The notes under the pieces were generated by a model. That model worked only from the letters and a program-made list of their open reading frames with translations, was not told the DNA's origin and ran no database searches. Positions 61,334-64,000 of a stretch of 64,000 bases of DNA are shown piece after piece. Every line of letters begins with the position of its first letter. Position 1 is the stretch's first letter. Source of the stretch: an uncultured Acidimicrobiia bacterium (GTDB taxonomy: Bacteria; Acidobacteriota; Terriglobia; Versatilivoradales; Versatilivoraceae); assembly GCA_963791795.1 (NCBI GenBank), contig CAWBTP010000020.1:837-64836 (forward strand). Direction: 5' to 3'. The position numbers and the translations under genes are program-made.

Positions 61334-62326
61334 ATGTCGAAACCAAAGATAGGAATCACTCTCGGCGATGTGGCGGGGGTCGGACCCGAAGTAGCAGTTA
61401 AGGCGCTGCTCAACCCCACGGTCACCGCGCGGTGCACACCGATTCTGATAGGCGAGCTATCCATCGTTCGCCACTACGCCGAGCGTCTCGCGCCCGAGCG
61501 CCAAGTGCGAGTCGTCGATCGCCCGGCGGAGGCAGCCTCCGAGACCGCAGATCTGCAGATTCTGGATCTGAAAAACATTCAGTTTTCCAAAGTCAAACTG
61601 GGCGAAGTCGATATGGCCTGCGGAAAGGCTGCACTGGACTACATCCGCGCCGGAGTCAACCTTTGTCTCAACAAAGAACTCGACGCGCTGGTCACTGGGC
61701 CGATTCACAAAGAAGCGGCCCAATTGGCGGGCATCAACGCTCCCGGTCACACGGAATATCTGGCAGCGTTGTGCGGCGTGCCGGAAGTGAGAATGCTGCT
61801 TGTGGTTGATCACTTGCGAGCCATGCACATCAGCACACATCTCAGCCTGCGTAAAGCCCTGGACTGCGTGACGAAAGAGCGAATCCTCGAAACAATTCAC
61901 TACGGAGTTGGAGCTCTCAAACAACTGCGAATCGAGAAGGGACGAATCGGTGTGGCAGGGCTGAATCCCCACGCCGGGGAAGGTGGGTTGTTCGGACGCG
62001 AGGAAATCGAAGAAGTCGCGCCGGCGGTAGCGGCGGCACGCGCTGAAGGGCTGGCAGTTTCAGGTCCGGTGCCTCCAGACACGATCTTTCACCGCATGAA
62101 CCAGCGCGAGTTCGACCTGGTCATCGCTCTCTATCACGACCAGGGGCATATTCCACTGAAGCTGATGGGGTTTGACAGCGGTGTGAACGTGACGATTGGA
62201 CTGCCCATCATTCGCACGTCGGTAGACCACGGTACTGCGTTCGATATTGCTGGGAAACTCAAGGCTAACCCGGAAAGCATGGTCAAAGCCATCGAGCTGG
62301 CATGTGTGATGTCGAGTGATCAGTGA
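61334..62326 (+). CDS. pdxA: PdxA-family NAD-dependent 4-hydroxythreonine-4-phosphate / 4-phospho-D-threonate dehydrogenase
   Basis: MSKPKIGITLGDVAGVGPE start, and the HDQGHIP / metal-binding region. Confidence 0.85.
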   Translation: MSKPKIGITLGDVAGVGPEVAVKALLNPTVTARCTPILIGELSIVRHYAERLAPERQVRVVDRPAEAASETADLQILDLKNIQFSKVKLGEVDMACGKAALDYIRAGVNLCLNKELDALVTGPIHKEAAQLAGINAPGHTEYLAALCGVPEVRMLLVVDHLRAMHISTHLSLRKALDCVTKERILETIHYGVGALKQLRIEKGRIGVAGLNPHAGEGGLFGREEIEEVAPAVAAARAEGLAVSGPVPPDTIFHRMNQREFDLVIALYHDQGHIPLKLMGFDSGVNVTIGLPIIRTSVDHGTAFDIAGKLKANPESMVKAIELACVMSSDQ

Positions 62327-62815
62327 TGAGTACTGAGTACTGAGTACTGAGTACTGAGTGCATAGAGTGCTGAGTAGCGGACGAATATGAATCGATTCGA
62401 GGACATCGTGGCGTGGCAGAAAGCCAGGGAGTTGACGGCACGATATCTATCGCTTTCAAAGCAAGAGTAATTGCGCAAGAGATTTTGCGCTGAGAGATCA
62501 GATGGTGCGGGCGGCGGTCTCGATCATGGCAAACATCGCGGAAGGATTTGAAAGGGGCAGATCTGAGTGAGTTTCACCAATTCTTGTCAGTGGCCAAAGC
62601 ATCTTGCGCAGAACTCCGATCACATCTCTATGTAAGCTCTGGATGCTGGGTACTGTCCAAAGAAGAGTTCAGATGCTCTGAAACTGAAGGCCGAAGAGGT
62701 AGGTAAGATACTCGGAGGTCTCAGGCAGTCCGTCGAGCGAAAACGCGACGAATGACAGATAACGTTAACACTCAGTTGGTCCTCAGTACCGTACTCATCA
62801 CTCAGTACTCAGTAC
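62327..62815. mobile_element. low-GC insert flanked by inverted tandem heptamer repeats (GTACTGA x5 / TCAGTAC x3), carrying a frameshifted four-helix-bundle (23S rRNA IVS / Avd-like, PF05635-type) gene
   Basis: TGAGTACTGAGTACTGAGTACTGAGTACTGAGTG at 62331 and ACTCAGTACTCAGTAC at ~62795. The internal [20 protein letters not shown]...[22 protein letters not shown] then shifts to EFHQFLSVAKASCAELRSHLYV. Confidence 0.55.
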
Positions 62816-62823
62816 CCATCACC

Positions 62824-64000
62824 TTACAGAAGGCTTGGCAAATTGCCCTTTCCGTCGAAAGGCAACTCACCTAACCGTTCAAGTACCTTAAGGTGAGGTT
62901 TGCTTCCAATTTCGTCCAGCAATGCTTCGGTAGCGATGAACTGATCCAGCTTCAGCGTGTTCTTGATCCAAATCATGCGGCACGCCTCGACGCTATTGCC
63001 GCACGTTGAGAATGCGGTCTCCATGGCTTCACGGTCCGTGTCGAAGGTTACTGGTACGCGTGCGGCCTCGACGTTGGTGCTGGTGATGGCGTTGATGTAG
63101 GTGGGCTTGAAATCGATCTTGTCGACCAGCCTCCGGCTGACCAGGTCGGCCAGACCAATGCCCACTGCATTGCCGTAGGACTCCTTGGACAGATCACGAA
63201 CAAAGATTCGAGTAAACCAAGGTTTGACTGGCGCTCGCTCCCTCTGGCTCACGTTGCGACCGATGACGTTTGTGTCCATGCCAGCGCCGCTGATGTTCTT
63301 CCCCATCTCATCCACCACAAGCACATCGCCCTGGTCGAAGGGGATGCGCGCCAGACTGGTCTTGGCCAGTGCCAGCAACCGTTTTTCACTATTCTCGATC
63401 TCTGGAGTCAGCATGGCTTCGATTGCAGCAGTCTCATCGTAGGCGTTCTCAACGATTCCAAGACCAAACAGTATCTTGCAATTCGACCGGACAACCCGTG
63501 CGACGTTGGTGATCACCGTGTAGTAGCCGTGCTTGATATTGGCGCGATGATACTGGATGGCCCCGGTGTGCTTTCCCAAGCCGATCGCCATCATCTTGCA
63601 GAGTCCGCTCTCGATATCTCCATCGAAATCCGTGTGCGGCTTCACCCGGTTCACCACGACCACGTGGTCTGCTTCCAGGGCATAGTTATCGAGAAACACG
63701 GGAATGCCCTGAGGTGTCTCTCCAACCTGGGTTGTTTCCATCGTCGCTCGTATCGGCGCACCCATGCTGCTTTCCGTGATTCCGTAGTGCTCCAGTACCA
63801 ATCTCTGTCCCTCCGCCGTTCCTCCCCCATGACTTCCCATGGCTGGAATGATGAAAGGGCGCGCACCGAGCTTTCGAAGCTCATCGACGACTGCCCGAAG
63901 GATAACGGCGATGTTCGCCACACCTCGGCTACCACCCGTAATCGCGACGTTCTGTCCGGGTTTTACCTTGCCGTCCAAGCCCAGCTTGCCAATCTGCTGC
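62824..64000 (-). CDS. LarA-like (lactate racemase N-terminal / DUF2088-type) domain protein, 5' end beyond window
   Basis: 384 aa visible. Family assignment is by overall resemblance and is uncertain. Confidence 0.4.
   Translation of the reverse strand, partial: QQIGKLGLDGKVKPGQNVAITGGSRGVANIAVILRAVVDELRKLGARPFIIPAMGSHGGGTAEGQRLVLEHYGITESSMGAPIRATMETTQVGETPQGIPVFLDNYALEADHVVVVNRVKPHTDFDGDIESGLCKMMAIGLGKHTGAIQYHRANIKHGYYTVITNVARVVRSNCKILFGLGIVENAYDETAAIEAMLTPEIENSEKRLLALAKTSLARIPFDQGDVLVVDEMGKNISGAGMDTNVIGRNVSQRERAPVKPWFTRIFVRDLSKESYGNAVGIGLADLVSRRLVDKIDFKPTYINAITSTNVEAARVPVTFDTDREAMETAFSTCGNSVEACRMIWIKNTLKLDQFIATEALLDEIGSKPHLKVLERLGELPFDGKGNLPSLL

Overview
The window is a high-GC chromosomal segment with a mix of gene content that looks Acidobacteria-like (an inference from that content, not a verified assignment). 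It splits into three parts.

- **Left end (1-5900), degraded.** An IS1182-family insertion sequence with clear imperfect terminal inverted repeats (about 506-2521). It is flanked by frameshifted gene remnants: a nucleoside hydrolase, a D-2-hydroxyacid dehydrogenase and a chorismate synthase fragment.
- **Middle (about 5.9-29.5 kb), integron-like cassette array.** About 25 genes, all on the + strand, are punctuated by at least 15 imperfect palindromic sites. Each site begins with an inverse core RYYYAAC (often overlapping the upstream stop codon) and ends with a core GTTRRRY (for example GTTAGGC) 10-40 bp before the next start codon. That is the architecture of integron attC sites. Five of the sites are near-identical copies of about 127 bp; the others are about 50-65 bp.
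 - **Cargo.** HicAB toxin-antitoxin, a RibD-type DHFR-family protein, a VOC-family gene, alpha/beta hydrolases, peptidases, DUF proteins, and an Nramp transporter. Several genes are frameshifted.
 - **Integrase.** No integron integrase is visible in the window, so this is either a CALIN-type array or the integron platform lies outside the window or was destroyed.
- **Right part (30-64 kb), ordinary chromosomal genes.** A flotillin-like SPFH protein next to a HerA/FtsK-like ATPase, aac(6')-like GNAT/pdxH, TonB, DUF1835, fruK, a tri-domain ACP-FAAL-PlsC fusion, a PQQ alcohol dehydrogenase with a diheme cytochrome c, ltaE, a large TonB-dependent receptor, OtnK/PdxA2-family genes, and a LarA-like partial gene.

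Several interspersed repeat families and IR-flanked structured elements are also noted. About a dozen frameshifts disrupt otherwise recognisable genes. From sequence alone it cannot be decided whether these are true pseudogenes or assembly indels.
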